From NCBI GenBank assembly GCA_030636025.1, contig DAOVXQ010000004.1, positions 6,685 through 70,684 of the forward strand: a stretch of 64,000 bases of DNA. Direction: 5' to 3'. The first letter of the stretch is position 1. The number at the start of each line of letters is the position of its first letter. The DNA is from an archaeon. GTDB lineage: Archaea > Nanobdellota > Nanobdellia > Pacearchaeales > GW2011-AR1. The position numbers and the translations under genes are program-made. Shown here piece after piece: positions 30,506 to 39,559 of this stretch. Below the pieces are notes generated by a model, which worked only from the letters and a program-made list of their open reading frames with translations, had not been told where the DNA came from and searched no databases.

Positions 30506-30594
30506 TATGTGTCTACATAGTTTATAAGTCTTTTTGTGTGTAGACGTATATGTGTCTACAAAGATTAGTTATTATTGTAGAATGTAGACGTATA
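30506..30594. promoter_or_regulatory. operator-like array of GTCTACA/TGTAGAC half-sites between proS and tRNA-Arg
   Basis: tatgtgtctaca at 30506 and 30549; tgtagacgtata at 30539 and 30583; central palindrome TGTAGAC-N8-GTCTACA. Confidence 0.7.
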
Positions 30595-30642
30595 AATGCG
30601 GTTAGATAGTTTTATTAATCCTTTAAAATAAATTATGTTATT

Positions 30643-30714
30643 GGGCACGTAGTTCAATGGATAGAATGTCAGGTTTCGGCCCTGTTGATCGAGGTTCGAA
30701 TCCTCGCGCGCCCA
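30643..30714 (+). tRNA. tRNA-Arg (TCG)
   Basis: Cloverleaf; anticodon loop TTTCGGC; GGTTCGAATCC T arm; one A-C mismatch in acceptor stem. Confidence 0.9.
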
Positions 30715-30716
30715 TT

Positions 30717-30947
30717 TTAATCTACATAATCATCATGGAATCTCGATCTTGGTAATCCTTCTGCTTTTAGAAAGAAATTTTTTATCTCCAAAGATTTTTT
30801 AGAGCTTTCTTGCCAATCAAATAAGTCTTGTAAAAGTTGCTTTTCTCTTGGAGTTGGTCCTAAATCTTCTGGATTAAGATAACAAATTATTTCTGGATTT
30901 GGTTTTGGATTTGTTTCTGAATTTGGTTTTGGTTTATAATCTTTCAT
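30717..30947 (-). CDS. small orphan protein convergent on tRNA-Arg
   Basis: ORF track; TATA upstream. Confidence 0.55.
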   Translation of the reverse strand: MKDYKPKPNSETNPKPNPEIICYLNPEDLGPTPREKQLLQDLFDWQESSKKSLEIKNFFLKAEGLPRSRFHDDYVD

Positions 30948-31001
30948 TTAAATTAATAGATAACAACCTATTTAAAACTTGTTTATCTTGTTTTAAAAAA
31001 G

Positions 31002-32117
31002 ATGGTGGACAAAAAATTTTGGGCAACTGTGTTTACATTGAGTGGGACAATAATCGGGGCAGGTATTTTGGGATTGCCTTATGTTTTTTCTAAATCTGGA
31101 TTTTTTATCGGGCTTTTTTGGTTGTTGGTTATTGGCGCAATAGTTATGTTTACGAGTTTATGTTTGGGAGAGGTTTCTTTAAGGACAAAAGGGAAACATC
31201 ATTTAGCAGGATATGCTAGAAAATATTTAGGAATTTGGCAAAAAAGAATAATGTTTTTTGCAGTAGCTTTTGGGATTTACTCTGCTTTGCTTGCTTATTT
31301 AATTGGAGAGGGCCAGAGTTTTTCAAAATTATTTACAGGAACATTAGATTATTCATTATATTTTGCTATTGGATTCTGGATTATTATGTCCTTTCTTTTA
31401 AGAGAGGGGCTGAGGGGTTTGAAAAAAATTGAGACATGGGGGGTTCTTGCAATAATTTTTATTATTTTATTTATTTCAGGATGGTATTCTCCGTCGATAA
31501 ATGTGGAAAATCTTTTTTATAATGATTTTTCATATTTTTTCCTTCCTTTTGGTATTATTTTATTTGCATTATTGGGATTTACTTCTATTCCTGAATTGAA
31601 AATGGAAATTAAAGGAAAAGAAAAAAAACTAAAAAAAGCAATAGTTGTGGGAATTTTAATTCCGATTATTCTTTATATTATTTTTAGTTTTGTTTTTGTA
31701 GGGGTTTTAGGCAAAGAAATACAAGGAGTAGCAACTTTGAGTTTTGGAAATTTGGTTGTCTTGCTTGGTATTTTTACAATGCTTACGAGTTATTTTGTTT
31801 TAAGTTTTTCATTGAGAGATATGTTTATGTTTGATTTAGGATTTTCAAAGAAAAACACTTTCTTTTTTGTTTCAATTGCTCCTTTATTTTTATATTTAAT
31901 TGCGTCTATATTTAATTTATTGGATTTTGTAACGGTTTTAGGAATTGGAGGGGTTTTTTCAGGAGGATTAATGGGAATTCTTATTTTATTAATGAATAAG
32001 AAAGCTAAAAAATATGGAGATAGAAAACCTGAATATTCTATGCCGATAAATTGGTTTGTTGTTATCTTGCTGTCTGTAGTTTTTATTGCTGGGATTATTT
32101 TTGAGTTAGTGTTTTGA
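31002..32117 (+). CDS. aromatic amino acid permease (Trp/Tyr, HAAAP family)
   Basis: GTIIGAGILGLP motif, about 11 TM segments. Confidence 0.92.
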   Translation: MVDKKFWATVFTLSGTIIGAGILGLPYVFSKSGFFIGLFWLLVIGAIVMFTSLCLGEVSLRTKGKHHLAGYARKYLGIWQKRIMFFAVAFGIYSALLAYLIGEGQSFSKLFTGTLDYSLYFAIGFWIIMSFLLREGLRGLKKIETWGVLAIIFIILFISGWYSPSINVENLFYNDFSYFFLPFGIILFALLGFTSIPELKMEIKGKEKKLKKAIVVGILIPIILYIIFSFVFVGVLGKEIQGVATLSFGNLVVLLGIFTMLTSYFVLSFSLRDMFMFDLGFSKKNTFFFVSIAPLFLYLIASIFNLLDFVTVLGIGGVFSGGLMGILILLMNKKAKKYGDRKPEYSMPINWFVVILLSVVFIAGIIFELVF

Positions 32118-32215
32118 AATTATTTGATTGATAAATTATTTTTTGATTAGTTTTATAAACACTAAATACTTTCTTTAAAAAAGAAAGGATTTAGGAGTCA
32201 AAGAAACTAAGAAAG

Positions 32216-32350
32216 ATGAAAAATAAAAGATGTGATGGTTTTTCCTCGGCGAGTAATCAGGGGGGGGGCGAAGAGCCTCGAGGGAGAATAAAGAAGGTTG
32301 GATTTTTGATTTGGGTGTTTGTTGGTTGGAAGAAAAAGAAGAAAAATTAA
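32216..32350 (+). other. possible 44-aa sORF or GC-rich hairpin with G9 tract
   Basis: MKNKRCDGFSSASNQGGGEEPRGRIKK...; stem ttttcctcg/cgagggaga encloses the G9 run. Confidence 0.3.
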
Positions 32351-32356
32351 GGAATT

Positions 32357-32632
32357 TTAAAATTTAAACTCTAAAATTTGATATATAAAATCTTCAATTT
32401 CTCTTAACTTATTTTTATTTAGAAAAACTTGCAAACCATAGGGAGTGGGTTTTGTTAAAATTAATTTTTGTTTAATTAAATCTTTAGCACATTTTTTAAT
32501 ATTTTTTCCTAAATGAGAAGGAAATCCTCGTCTTAAGGTATCAAAATGTGTATGAACTCCTCCGATTACTTTTTTTCTTCTTAAATTATATAAAATAGTT
32601 GCTTTGATTTTATCTTCCTCTTTAAATTCCAT
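32357..32632 (-). CDS. small basic conserved hypothetical protein
   Basis: IGGVHT, GFPSHL, KPTPYG motifs; divergent from a wHTH gene. Confidence 0.75.
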   Translation of the reverse strand: MEFKEEDKIKATILYNLRRKKVIGGVHTHFDTLRRGFPSHLGKNIKKCAKDLIKQKLILTKPTPYGLQVFLNKNKLREIEDFIYQILEFKF

Positions 32633-32729
32633 AATTTGATTATTAAACGAGAATATTTAAATGTTTCTAATATTGAAATATAAAAACATGAATAGAAATA
32701 TTTATAAAGTGTATTATGTCTGATGTAAT

Positions 32730-33035
32730 ATGAAAAACGAAACAATTTTTGTTGAAGTATTTGGAAATAACCCCATAATAAAAGTTTTAGATTTTCTTAT
32801 AACCTTTCAATTATTTGATTATCCATTAACAGAAATAGCTAAAAATTCTGGGGTTAGTTATTCAACTTTGCAAACATTCTGGGATAAATTAGAAAGAAAT
32901 AATATTGTTGTTAAAACAAGAAGGGTTGGAAAATCAGATTTGTATAAGTTAAATAAAAACAACCCTGCAGTTCAACAACTAATAAAACTTGATTGGAATT
33001 TAATTAAAGGTGTTGAAAAAGATATTATTTGTTAA
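32730..33035 (+). CDS. winged helix-turn-helix protein
   Basis: DYPLTEIAKNSGVSYSTL...TRRVGKSDLYKLN. Confidence 0.88.
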   Translation: MKNETIFVEVFGNNPIIKVLDFLITFQLFDYPLTEIAKNSGVSYSTLQTFWDKLERNNIVVKTRRVGKSDLYKLNKNNPAVQQLIKLDWNLIKGVEKDIIC

Positions 33036-33071
33036 ATATGTTTTGCAGAATAACAATAACGTTTTAATTTT

Positions 33072-34457
33072 TTATCCTAATTCTTTTTCTAAAACTTTTC
33101 TTGCAATCTGAAAATCTGCTCTTCTGTTTGTTTTTTGCATTACTTGCCCCATTAAAAAATTAACTGCTTTTGATTCTCCTGCTTTATAATCTTCAACTGA
33201 TTTTTGATTTTGCTTTAAAATTTCTTTAATTATTTTAGATAATTCTTTTTCATTTGATATTTTTTCAGAAGATTTAGCTTCTTTTAATGGTGAATAAGAG
33301 TTTGGTATGAATTTTCTTAATATTTCTTTTGCTTTTAACTGAGTTATTTTATTTTGCTCTAAAAGTTGAAGTAATTCAATTAGATGTTTGGGATTTATTT
33401 TTATTTCATCTGCAGATTTTTTATTATAATTTAAAACTCCTAACCATTCAACAGTTACCCATGGAAGTGCTATTTTTGGAGATATTTTTTCTACTACTTT
33501 TTCAAATAATTCAACAATTTCTAGATTTTGAGTTAAAACTTCTGCATTTATTTTGTTTATCTTATGTTTTTTAATTATTTTTTCTAATTTTTGCATTGGT
33601 GATTCTGGAAGGTTTTTTTTAATTTCCTGAACTCTTTTTTTAGTTATTTTAATTGCAGGCAAATCTGGTTCTGGGATAAATCTGTAATCTGCCGCATCTT
33701 CCTTACTTCTCATTAATTCTGTTTTTTGTGTTATTGAGTTCCATCTTCTTGTTTCTTGTTTTTGTGGTTTTTCTTTTTCATGTCTTGCTAATTCAGAATT
33801 AATTGCTTTAACTATCTCTGTTATTGAATTTACATTTTTTATTTCAGCTCTTTTTGAAACTCCTTTTATGTTTACATTAACATCTGCTTTAATTCCGGCA
33901 TCTTTGTTTAATGATTTTATATAAGATAGTGTGAGAACTAATTGTTTTAACCAGATTTCAACTTGTTTTGCTGATGTAAAATCCGGCTCTGTAACAATTT
34001 CAATTAATGGTGCTCCTGCTCGGTTGTAATCCACTGTTCCTTTATCTGGATTCCATGCAGCAGGGTCTTCTTCTAAATGTGCTTCTGTAATTCTAATTCC
34101 TAGAAATTCTCCAGCTACTACGGGATTTGTTGAATGAGCTCCTGAAATTGTTTTTTGATAACCTGTTGGCATGTCTGGCCAGTTATAATGTTTTCTTTGA
34201 AAAATCCATGGTTTTTTATCATCAATTGTATTAACATTGCAATTTAACATTAAACCTATCTGGATTGTTTTGTTGATGGCTTGCTGATTTGGGGGCATTG
34301 GTTTTGCACCAGGTTGTCCTGTGCAGATTGGGCAGATATTTGTGTTGGGCTTTATCTGTTTCATATCATGGAAATTTTTACATCTGCAAAATAATTTTTC
34401 TTTTGTTTCTAAATATCCATGGATTTCAAGACCTATCAGGGGTTTTAATATTGTCAT
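33072..34457 (-). CDS. gatB: Asp/Glu-tRNA amidotransferase subunit B
   Basis: IGLEIH, RKHYxWPD, HLEED, DYNRAGAPLIEIVTEPD, DYRFIPEPDLP. Confidence 0.97.
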   Translation of the reverse strand: MTILKPLIGLEIHGYLETKEKLFCRCKNFHDMKQIKPNTNICPICTGQPGAKPMPPNQQAINKTIQIGLMLNCNVNTIDDKKPWIFQRKHYNWPDMPTGYQKTISGAHSTNPVVAGEFLGIRITEAHLEEDPAAWNPDKGTVDYNRAGAPLIEIVTEPDFTSAKQVEIWLKQLVLTLSYIKSLNKDAGIKADVNVNIKGVSKRAEIKNVNSITEIVKAINSELARHEKEKPQKQETRRWNSITQKTELMRSKEDAADYRFIPEPDLPAIKITKKRVQEIKKNLPESPMQKLEKIIKKHKINKINAEVLTQNLEIVELFEKVVEKISPKIALPWVTVEWLGVLNYNKKSADEIKINPKHLIELLQLLEQNKITQLKAKEILRKFIPNSYSPLKEAKSSEKISNEKELSKIIKEILKQNQKSVEDYKAGESKAVNFLMGQVMQKTNRRADFQIARKVLEKELG

Positions 34458-34492
34458 AAGATAAATAGAATTTACGTATTTAATAAAGTTTC

Positions 34493-34825
34493 TTAAATTA
34501 ATTTTAAGTCTCGAATATGGTGGATTCCATTTTGTTCTGCTTTTTTTCTTTTTTCTAAAATCATTTCTTTAGCATAATTATAAGAAGACATATCTTTCCT
34601 ACAATTTTCAGGAGAAAAATATTTGGCAGTTATGACGGATATATTTTCTAAGAATGAATTGAAAATTCTGTGGTGTCCGTCTGCGATATAGGTAAGGCCA
34701 TTAATCTGAAAAATTTCCGGAACTGAATGTTTTTTTAAATTGTGATGGTGTTTTAATGTCTCCCTATGCAGTTCTGTTTCTATTGGGATTAGATTATTTA
34801 GGGGTATTTGTTTTATTCTTGGCAT
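34493..34825 (-). CDS. ParB/sulfiredoxin-like domain protein
   Basis: LIPIE...YIADGHHR motif. Confidence 0.75.
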   Translation of the reverse strand: MPRIKQIPLNNLIPIETELHRETLKHHHNLKKHSVPEIFQINGLTYIADGHHRIFNSFLENISVITAKYFSPENCRKDMSSYNYAKEMILEKRKKAEQNGIHHIRDLKLI

Positions 34826-34865
34826 TTATTTTTAGGGATTTTGATGTTTAATAAATGTTGCGTTT

Positions 34866-35594
34866 TTATTTAGCAATACTCCACATTAATTCAAATTGTT
34901 TTTTATATGCTTCTGCAACATTTTTATTTCTTATAATGATTAAATAATCTGGATTACCAAAAATAATTATCTGAACATTATCTCCATAAATTTGTATTGG
35001 ATTTTCATTAAAGAATTTCTCAGGAATTTTTTTATATTTTGATGTTCCTTTTTTAAAAATTCCTTTTGTTTTTTCTTTTATTATTACTTTTTCTTTTATA
35101 TTATAATGTAATAAATCTCTTTCATATTGAGTTACTATTAAGTCATATTTATCTAATGGAAGGTATTCATCTATTGCAGTGCATAATACTGTTTTATCTT
35201 TTGAATCTTTTAATGTATTTATGATATCTCTTAAAGAAATTCTTACCACATTTTTTCCTTTGTATGTTTCAACTGATAATGGATTTTGAGAGGATTTGTT
35301 TATTTCTACTAACTTCGGAAGAATTTGTTTGTAATTTTCTGTTTTTTCATTTAATATTTCTAATATTAATTCTGGATTTGTCGCCTTGAATAGCTTTGTT
35401 TTTCCTTCTTGAACAGAGTTTACAAATCCTTTTTCTTCAAGTCTTTTAAGAGAATCATAAGTCACTTGCCTATATAATCCTGTTTTTTCAGCTAATTCAT
35501 AAGCAGATATTTGACCATGAGTAAGCAAGGCTAAATATATTTTAGATTCATAATCTGTTAAACCAATTTGTTCTAATATTTGTTTGTTAATCAT
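34866..35594 (-). CDS. TrmB family transcriptional regulator
   Basis: IGLTDYESKIYLALL...YDSLKRLEEKGFV; start reassigned to ATG 35594. Confidence 0.93.
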   Translation of the reverse strand: MINKQILEQIGLTDYESKIYLALLTHGQISAYELAEKTGLYRQVTYDSLKRLEEKGFVNSVQEGKTKLFKATNPELILEILNEKTENYKQILPKLVEINKSSQNPLSVETYKGKNVVRISLRDIINTLKDSKDKTVLCTAIDEYLPLDKYDLIVTQYERDLLHYNIKEKVIIKEKTKGIFKKGTSKYKKIPEKFFNENPIQIYGDNVQIIIFGNPDYLIIIRNKNVAEAYKKQFELMWSIAK

Positions 35595-35638
35595 AATTTT
35601 TAATATTAAATTAAGTATATAAACTTTATTATTTGGAA

Positions 35639-35657
35639 GTATGATATCATACGAATA
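35639..35657. promoter_or_regulatory. palindromic operator GTATGATATCATAC upstream of TATA, copy 1
   Basis: 14-bp perfect palindrome; 19 bp identical to 35985-36003; TATAAA 3 nt downstream. Confidence 0.85.
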
Positions 35658-35702
35658 AAATATAAAAATTTTAATGACTACAATAAGTAATTGTATGAAA
35701 AA

Positions 35703-35945
35703 ATGGCAGAAGATATTAACCAAGCATGGAAATTAAGAAAAGAAGATTTTGTACCTTTTGTAGGATTATTCAATTATCAAGATCGTTGGAGGAAAAATAA
35801 ATCAAGAGATAAAAAAAATTCCTCAAAATATGATATAAGAATGGATTTACTTGCAATATATCAAGTTCCTTATTATGCGCTAGCATTAGGTGGCTTCTCT
35901 GGTGGACTCTTATTATTAATTGAAAAATTAGAATCTCTTTCTTGA
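35703..35945 (+). CDS. small membrane protein (DFVPFVG...LESL)
   Basis: ORF downstream of the operator and TATA; hydrophobic C-terminus. Confidence 0.75.
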   Translation: MAEDINQAWKLRKEDFVPFVGLFNYQDRWRKNKSRDKKNSSKYDIRMDLLAIYQVPYYALALGGFSGGLLLLIEKLESLS

Positions 35946-35978
35946 AATTAAATGATTTAATGAAAAATAGGTTGTTAA

Positions 35979-36003
35979 TCATACGTATGATATCATACGA
36001 ATA
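35979..36003. promoter_or_regulatory. palindromic operator copy 2 (two overlapping palindromes)
   Basis: tcatacgtatga overlapping cgtatgatatcatacg; TATAAA 3 nt downstream. Confidence 0.85.
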
Positions 36004-36077
36004 GGGTATAAATACTCTTCTATTCTAATAATATTAACTTAACAGTAATAACAAACTGTAAGGAGGTAAAAAATAAA

Positions 36078-36293
36078 ATGGAAAGAAAAGAAAATAGAAC
36101 AAAACAATATAAAACAACTTTAGGAGATTGGATTCCAGGATATGGAATTTATAAGCAAACTAAACTTACAAGAAAAGGAGTTCCATGTATCCTTTCAGAT
36201 AAAAGTTCTGAATATAATCTTATGTATACTCTTGTTCAATGTGCTCCTTTTTCTTATATGATTGCTAGAGGAATAGAAGCTTTAATACAATAA
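36078..36293 (+). CDS. small protein (DWIPGYG...GIEALI), likely distant paralog of previous
   Basis: AGGAGGT SD; shared D[FW][VI]PxxGxx[NK] and C-terminal [LI]ExL pattern. Confidence 0.75.
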   Translation: MERKENRTKQYKTTLGDWIPGYGIYKQTKLTRKGVPCILSDKSSEYNLMYTLVQCAPFSYMIARGIEALIQ

Positions 36294-36323
36294 AAAGGGT
36301 AAAGGTAAATTGCTCTTTTTTTT

Positions 36324-36728
36324 TCAATTTTTTCTTAATTTTTCCCTTAAATAATTTTCAACTTCTTTTGGAGAGTGATTTATATGGCAGTTAGAACAAT
36401 CCCAAATTTTTCCTTTTGGAAGAGATGGATGGTAAAACCATTTTCCTTTTGGGCCTTGGATTTTACATTCTCCTTCTAAAATTTCTGAATTATAATTTGG
36501 ACAAGCACATAAAAAACAATTCAAATCTTTTATTTCAGGATGGCATGATTTACCTATTTGATAATAAGGACATTTGTCAGGATATTTTTTACTTCTATTT
36601 TTAAAACTTGTTCCTTGAATTATGAGGGGTATGTTTTCTAAAGTTATTTCAATTCCTGCATTTTCTATGTCTTTTAAAATTTCTTCTTGATAATATAATT
36701 CCCATTTTTGAAGTAAATTTAAAGTCAT
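36324..36728 (-). CDS. cysteine-rich small domain (zinc-binding) protein
   Basis: CPYY...CH...LNCFLCACP...WDCSNCxxxH. Confidence 0.85.
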   Translation of the reverse strand: MTLNLLQKWELYYQEEILKDIENAGIEITLENIPLIIQGTSFKNRSKKYPDKCPYYQIGKSCHPEIKDLNCFLCACPNYNSEILEGECKIQGPKGKWFYHPSLPKGKIWDCSNCHINHSPKEVENYLREKLRKN

Positions 36729-36769
36729 TTAATAACAAGTTTTTTATAGGGTTTTAAGTATTATTGTTT

Positions 36770-38092
36770 ATGAAACGTTCTTATAAAGCACCAGAACCAG
36801 GAGATAAAATTAAAGTTATTTTAGATAATAATAAGCAAGAAGAAGGTGTTTTGTTGGAAAGTCATGATAGAGGGGTTTTATTATTGAAATTAGATAATGG
36901 TTATAATATTGGTTTGAAAAAAGATGATATTGTGGAGATTAAGGTTATTGAGAGAGTTGTGGGTGTGAAAAATAATAATGAATTATCTGAAGATTCTAAA
37001 GAATTAAAAATGTCTGGTAAAAAACCAATAATTGATTTTATTATTGCTGGAGGGACAATTAGTTCAAGATTAGATCCTAAAACTGGCGGGGTTAAGGATT
37101 TGACTGATGCGAGCGAATTTTTTAAAACATATCCTGAAATTTATGAAAAAGCAGATATTAGGATTAAAAATCCGTTTATGAAATGGAGTGAAAATATGGA
37201 TTTTAAGGATTGGGCGAGAATTGCAAAAGAGGTTGGGAAAAGTTTAAATGATGATAATGTTAGTGGAGTGATTATTAGTCATGGGACTGATTTTTTACAT
37301 TATACTTCTGCTGCATTAAGTTTTATGTTGGGTAAGTTGAATAAACCTGTTGTTCTGACTTATTCTCAGAGAAGTAGTGATAGGGGAAGTAGTGATGCAA
37401 GATTGAATTTATTATGCAGTGCTGAAATGGCTTTAAGTGATGTTGCAGAGGTTATGCTGGTTGGGCATGCAACAGAGAATGATGATTATTGTTATGCATT
37501 GCAGGGTAATAAGGTCAGGAAAATGCATAGTTCAAAAAGAAATGCTTTTAGACCTATAAATTGTAAACCCTTTGCTAAGGTTTGGGCTGATGGTGGAAAA
37601 AGAATTGAGTTTTTGAGAAATGATTATAATAAGAGAAATAAAAATAAGATTGAAGTTGATAATGTTTTTGATGAGCGAGTTGCGTTGGTTAAATTTTATC
37701 CAGGTCAAAATCCAGATATTTTAGATTATTATAGAAAAAAAGGTTATAGGGGGCTGATTATTGAAATGAGTGGTTTAGGGCATGTTATTACCCAAGGTAA
37801 AAATAACTGGATTCCAAAATTAAAAGAAATAATTGGAAAAGGAATGTTTGTATATGCTGTTCCTCAGACACTTTATGGGAGAGTAGATTCTTATGTTTAT
37901 GAATCAGGTAGGAGATTAAAAGGGGCAGGGGTTGTTTATTTGAATGATATTTTACCTGAGACAGGCTTTGTTAAATTGGGGTGGATATTAGGGCATAAGG
38001 TCTGGAGAGGAAGTGTTGCAACTGCAAAGAAAATGAAAGAGAATATTTCTGGAGAGTTTAATGATAGATTGGGGAATGAGTTTTTGAATTAA
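36770..38092 (+). CDS. gatD: Glu-tRNA(Gln) amidotransferase subunit D
   Basis: LKLDNGYNIG, GGTISS, HGTD, QRSSDRGSSD, GLGH. Confidence 0.97.
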   Translation: MKRSYKAPEPGDKIKVILDNNKQEEGVLLESHDRGVLLLKLDNGYNIGLKKDDIVEIKVIERVVGVKNNNELSEDSKELKMSGKKPIIDFIIAGGTISSRLDPKTGGVKDLTDASEFFKTYPEIYEKADIRIKNPFMKWSENMDFKDWARIAKEVGKSLNDDNVSGVIISHGTDFLHYTSAALSFMLGKLNKPVVLTYSQRSSDRGSSDARLNLLCSAEMALSDVAEVMLVGHATENDDYCYALQGNKVRKMHSSKRNAFRPINCKPFAKVWADGGKRIEFLRNDYNKRNKNKIEVDNVFDERVALVKFYPGQNPDILDYYRKKGYRGLIIEMSGLGHVITQGKNNWIPKLKEIIGKGMFVYAVPQTLYGRVDSYVYESGRRLKGAGVVYLNDILPETGFVKLGWILGHKVWRGSVATAKKMKENISGEFNDRLGNEFLN

Positions 38093-38093
38093 A

Positions 38094-38417
38094 TTATTTT
38101 ATTTTAATTAAAGTTTCTATAGTTAGTCCTTGAGGGACCATTAATCCTTCTAAATCATGATAATGTAATGTTTTTAAATTGTTTTTATCAAGACTTTCGA
38201 AATTATAACACTCTGAATCTTGTTTTAATCTTGTAGGGATTCCTAAGTAATAACTGCCTTTTTCTATGGTATGGTGAGTATCTTTTAAAAGAACAATTTG
38301 TCCTTGGTATTTTTCAATTGCTTCTTTTGATTTTTCAATTGAAAGAGGATTTCCTAAATCTATTTCTTCAAATACTATTGGTAATCCTATTTCAATATTT
38401 TTCTTTTTTCGAAACAT
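38094..38417 (-). CDS. orphan hypothetical protein
   Basis: ORF track; stop 1 nt from the gatD stop. Confidence 0.65.
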   Translation of the reverse strand: MFRKKKNIEIGLPIVFEEIDLGNPLSIEKSKEAIEKYQGQIVLLKDTHHTIEKGSYYLGIPTRLKQDSECYNFESLDKNNLKTLHYHDLEGLMVPQGLTIETLIKIK

Positions 38418-38468
38418 CTTATATAAATAAATTAAAATTACTTTTTAAAGAAATGTGGTTTAAAATGA

Positions 38469-38957
38469 TTATTTAATTTTTCTTTCAATTCTGTCAAGTT
38501 GTTTTTTCATTTCTTGAATTTCTTTTTCTGCTTTTCTATTAACTTGATAATCATATTCTGCTCTCATTCTGTCTCTTTGGGTTGTTCTGTTTTGTGACAT
38601 TAAAATAACTGGTGCCTGAATTGCGGCTAAGCAAGATAAAGCAAGATTTAAAAGAATAAATGGGAATGGGTCGAATGCTTTTTGGTGGTATTTTAATAAG
38701 AAATAGCTGTTTACAACAATCCACAAGACGAGGAAGAATAAGAAACCAATAATGAAAAACCATGAACCTGCCCATTTTGTTAGGTTATCTGAAGCCCTTT
38801 GACCCAAGGTTAGTTTTCTTTTATCCTGAACAAATGGATAAGTAATTTTTCCAACAAATTTTTCTATTTGTTTGCCTGCTTTTCCGAGTTCTGTTGTTAC
38901 ATCTCCTTTTCTTAATTTTTCAACTTCTTTTTCAACTCTTTCTATCTCTTTTTTCAT
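38469..38957 (-). CDS. DUF1003 membrane protein
   Basis: GSWxFI, FDPFPFILLNL, QAPVILMSQNR. Confidence 0.95.
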   Translation of the reverse strand: MKKEIERVEKEVEKLRKGDVTTELGKAGKQIEKFVGKITYPFVQDKRKLTLGQRASDNLTKWAGSWFFIIGFLFFLVLWIVVNSYFLLKYHQKAFDPFPFILLNLALSCLAAIQAPVILMSQNRTTQRDRMRAEYDYQVNRKAEKEIQEMKKQLDRIERKIK

Positions 38958-39121
38958 AATGATTATTGGGGACCGGCATTTATATAAGTTTTGGGTTGTT
39001 TGGTAATTGATTGGTTTAGTGAAGGGGTTTGTTTAAGCTTTTAATCGCGTTTAATCGCGGGTTGTAACTTAAGAGTGGTTAAAATAGAAACATTTATAAA
39101 GGAGGAATATTAGGGTTTTTC

Positions 39122-39559
39122 ATGGTATTACAGGATATTTCAGATAATGGAAAACCTTCTTTTGAGTTGGAAAACCCTCAATGGGGTATTTCTAATGATG
39201 ATTCTCTTAGTGTTGGAAAGGAAAAGGTTAGTGCACTTAAACAAGCTGTTAAAGAGATGGAAGAAATGATTGAGGGTAGGAAAAATCTTAGTAATGGAAT
39301 TATAAGAGATGGTGAGAAAATGAAGACTGAATTGGAGAATTTTATTGTTAATCGAGACCCTACTGACGAGGATGCGATTAGGGAAAGAAATGGTCTGAGG
39401 CAAAAACAAGTTGAGATTTCTGAATTGCAATTAAAAGAAAAAGTAAGTTGCTGGCAGGATATTGCTCGGCTTATGCAGGAATTAAGAGAGACTAAAAAAG
39501 AATTAACTGAAAAAGAAGAAAGAGCAAATACTCTTGGTAAGATTTTGGAGGATAAATAA
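39122..39559 (+). CDS. coiled-coil protein upstream of ATPase
   Basis: Heptads; EKVSCWQDIARL motif. Confidence 0.8.
   Translation: MVLQDISDNGKPSFELENPQWGISNDDSLSVGKEKVSALKQAVKEMEEMIEGRKNLSNGIIRDGEKMKTELENFIVNRDPTDEDAIRERNGLRQKQVEISELQLKEKVSCWQDIARLMQELRETKKELTEKEERANTLGKILEDK

Noticed and set aside
35595-35723. N-terminal extension of TrmB ORF
   Set aside because: Covers promoter/operator DNA and overlaps the divergent gene; ATG 35594 matches the family start
38094-38480. KIK* ending shared by the orphan and the DUF1003 gene as another junction duplication
   Set aside because: Only 11/12 nt of pure A/T sequence; compatible with the pattern but indistinguishable from chance
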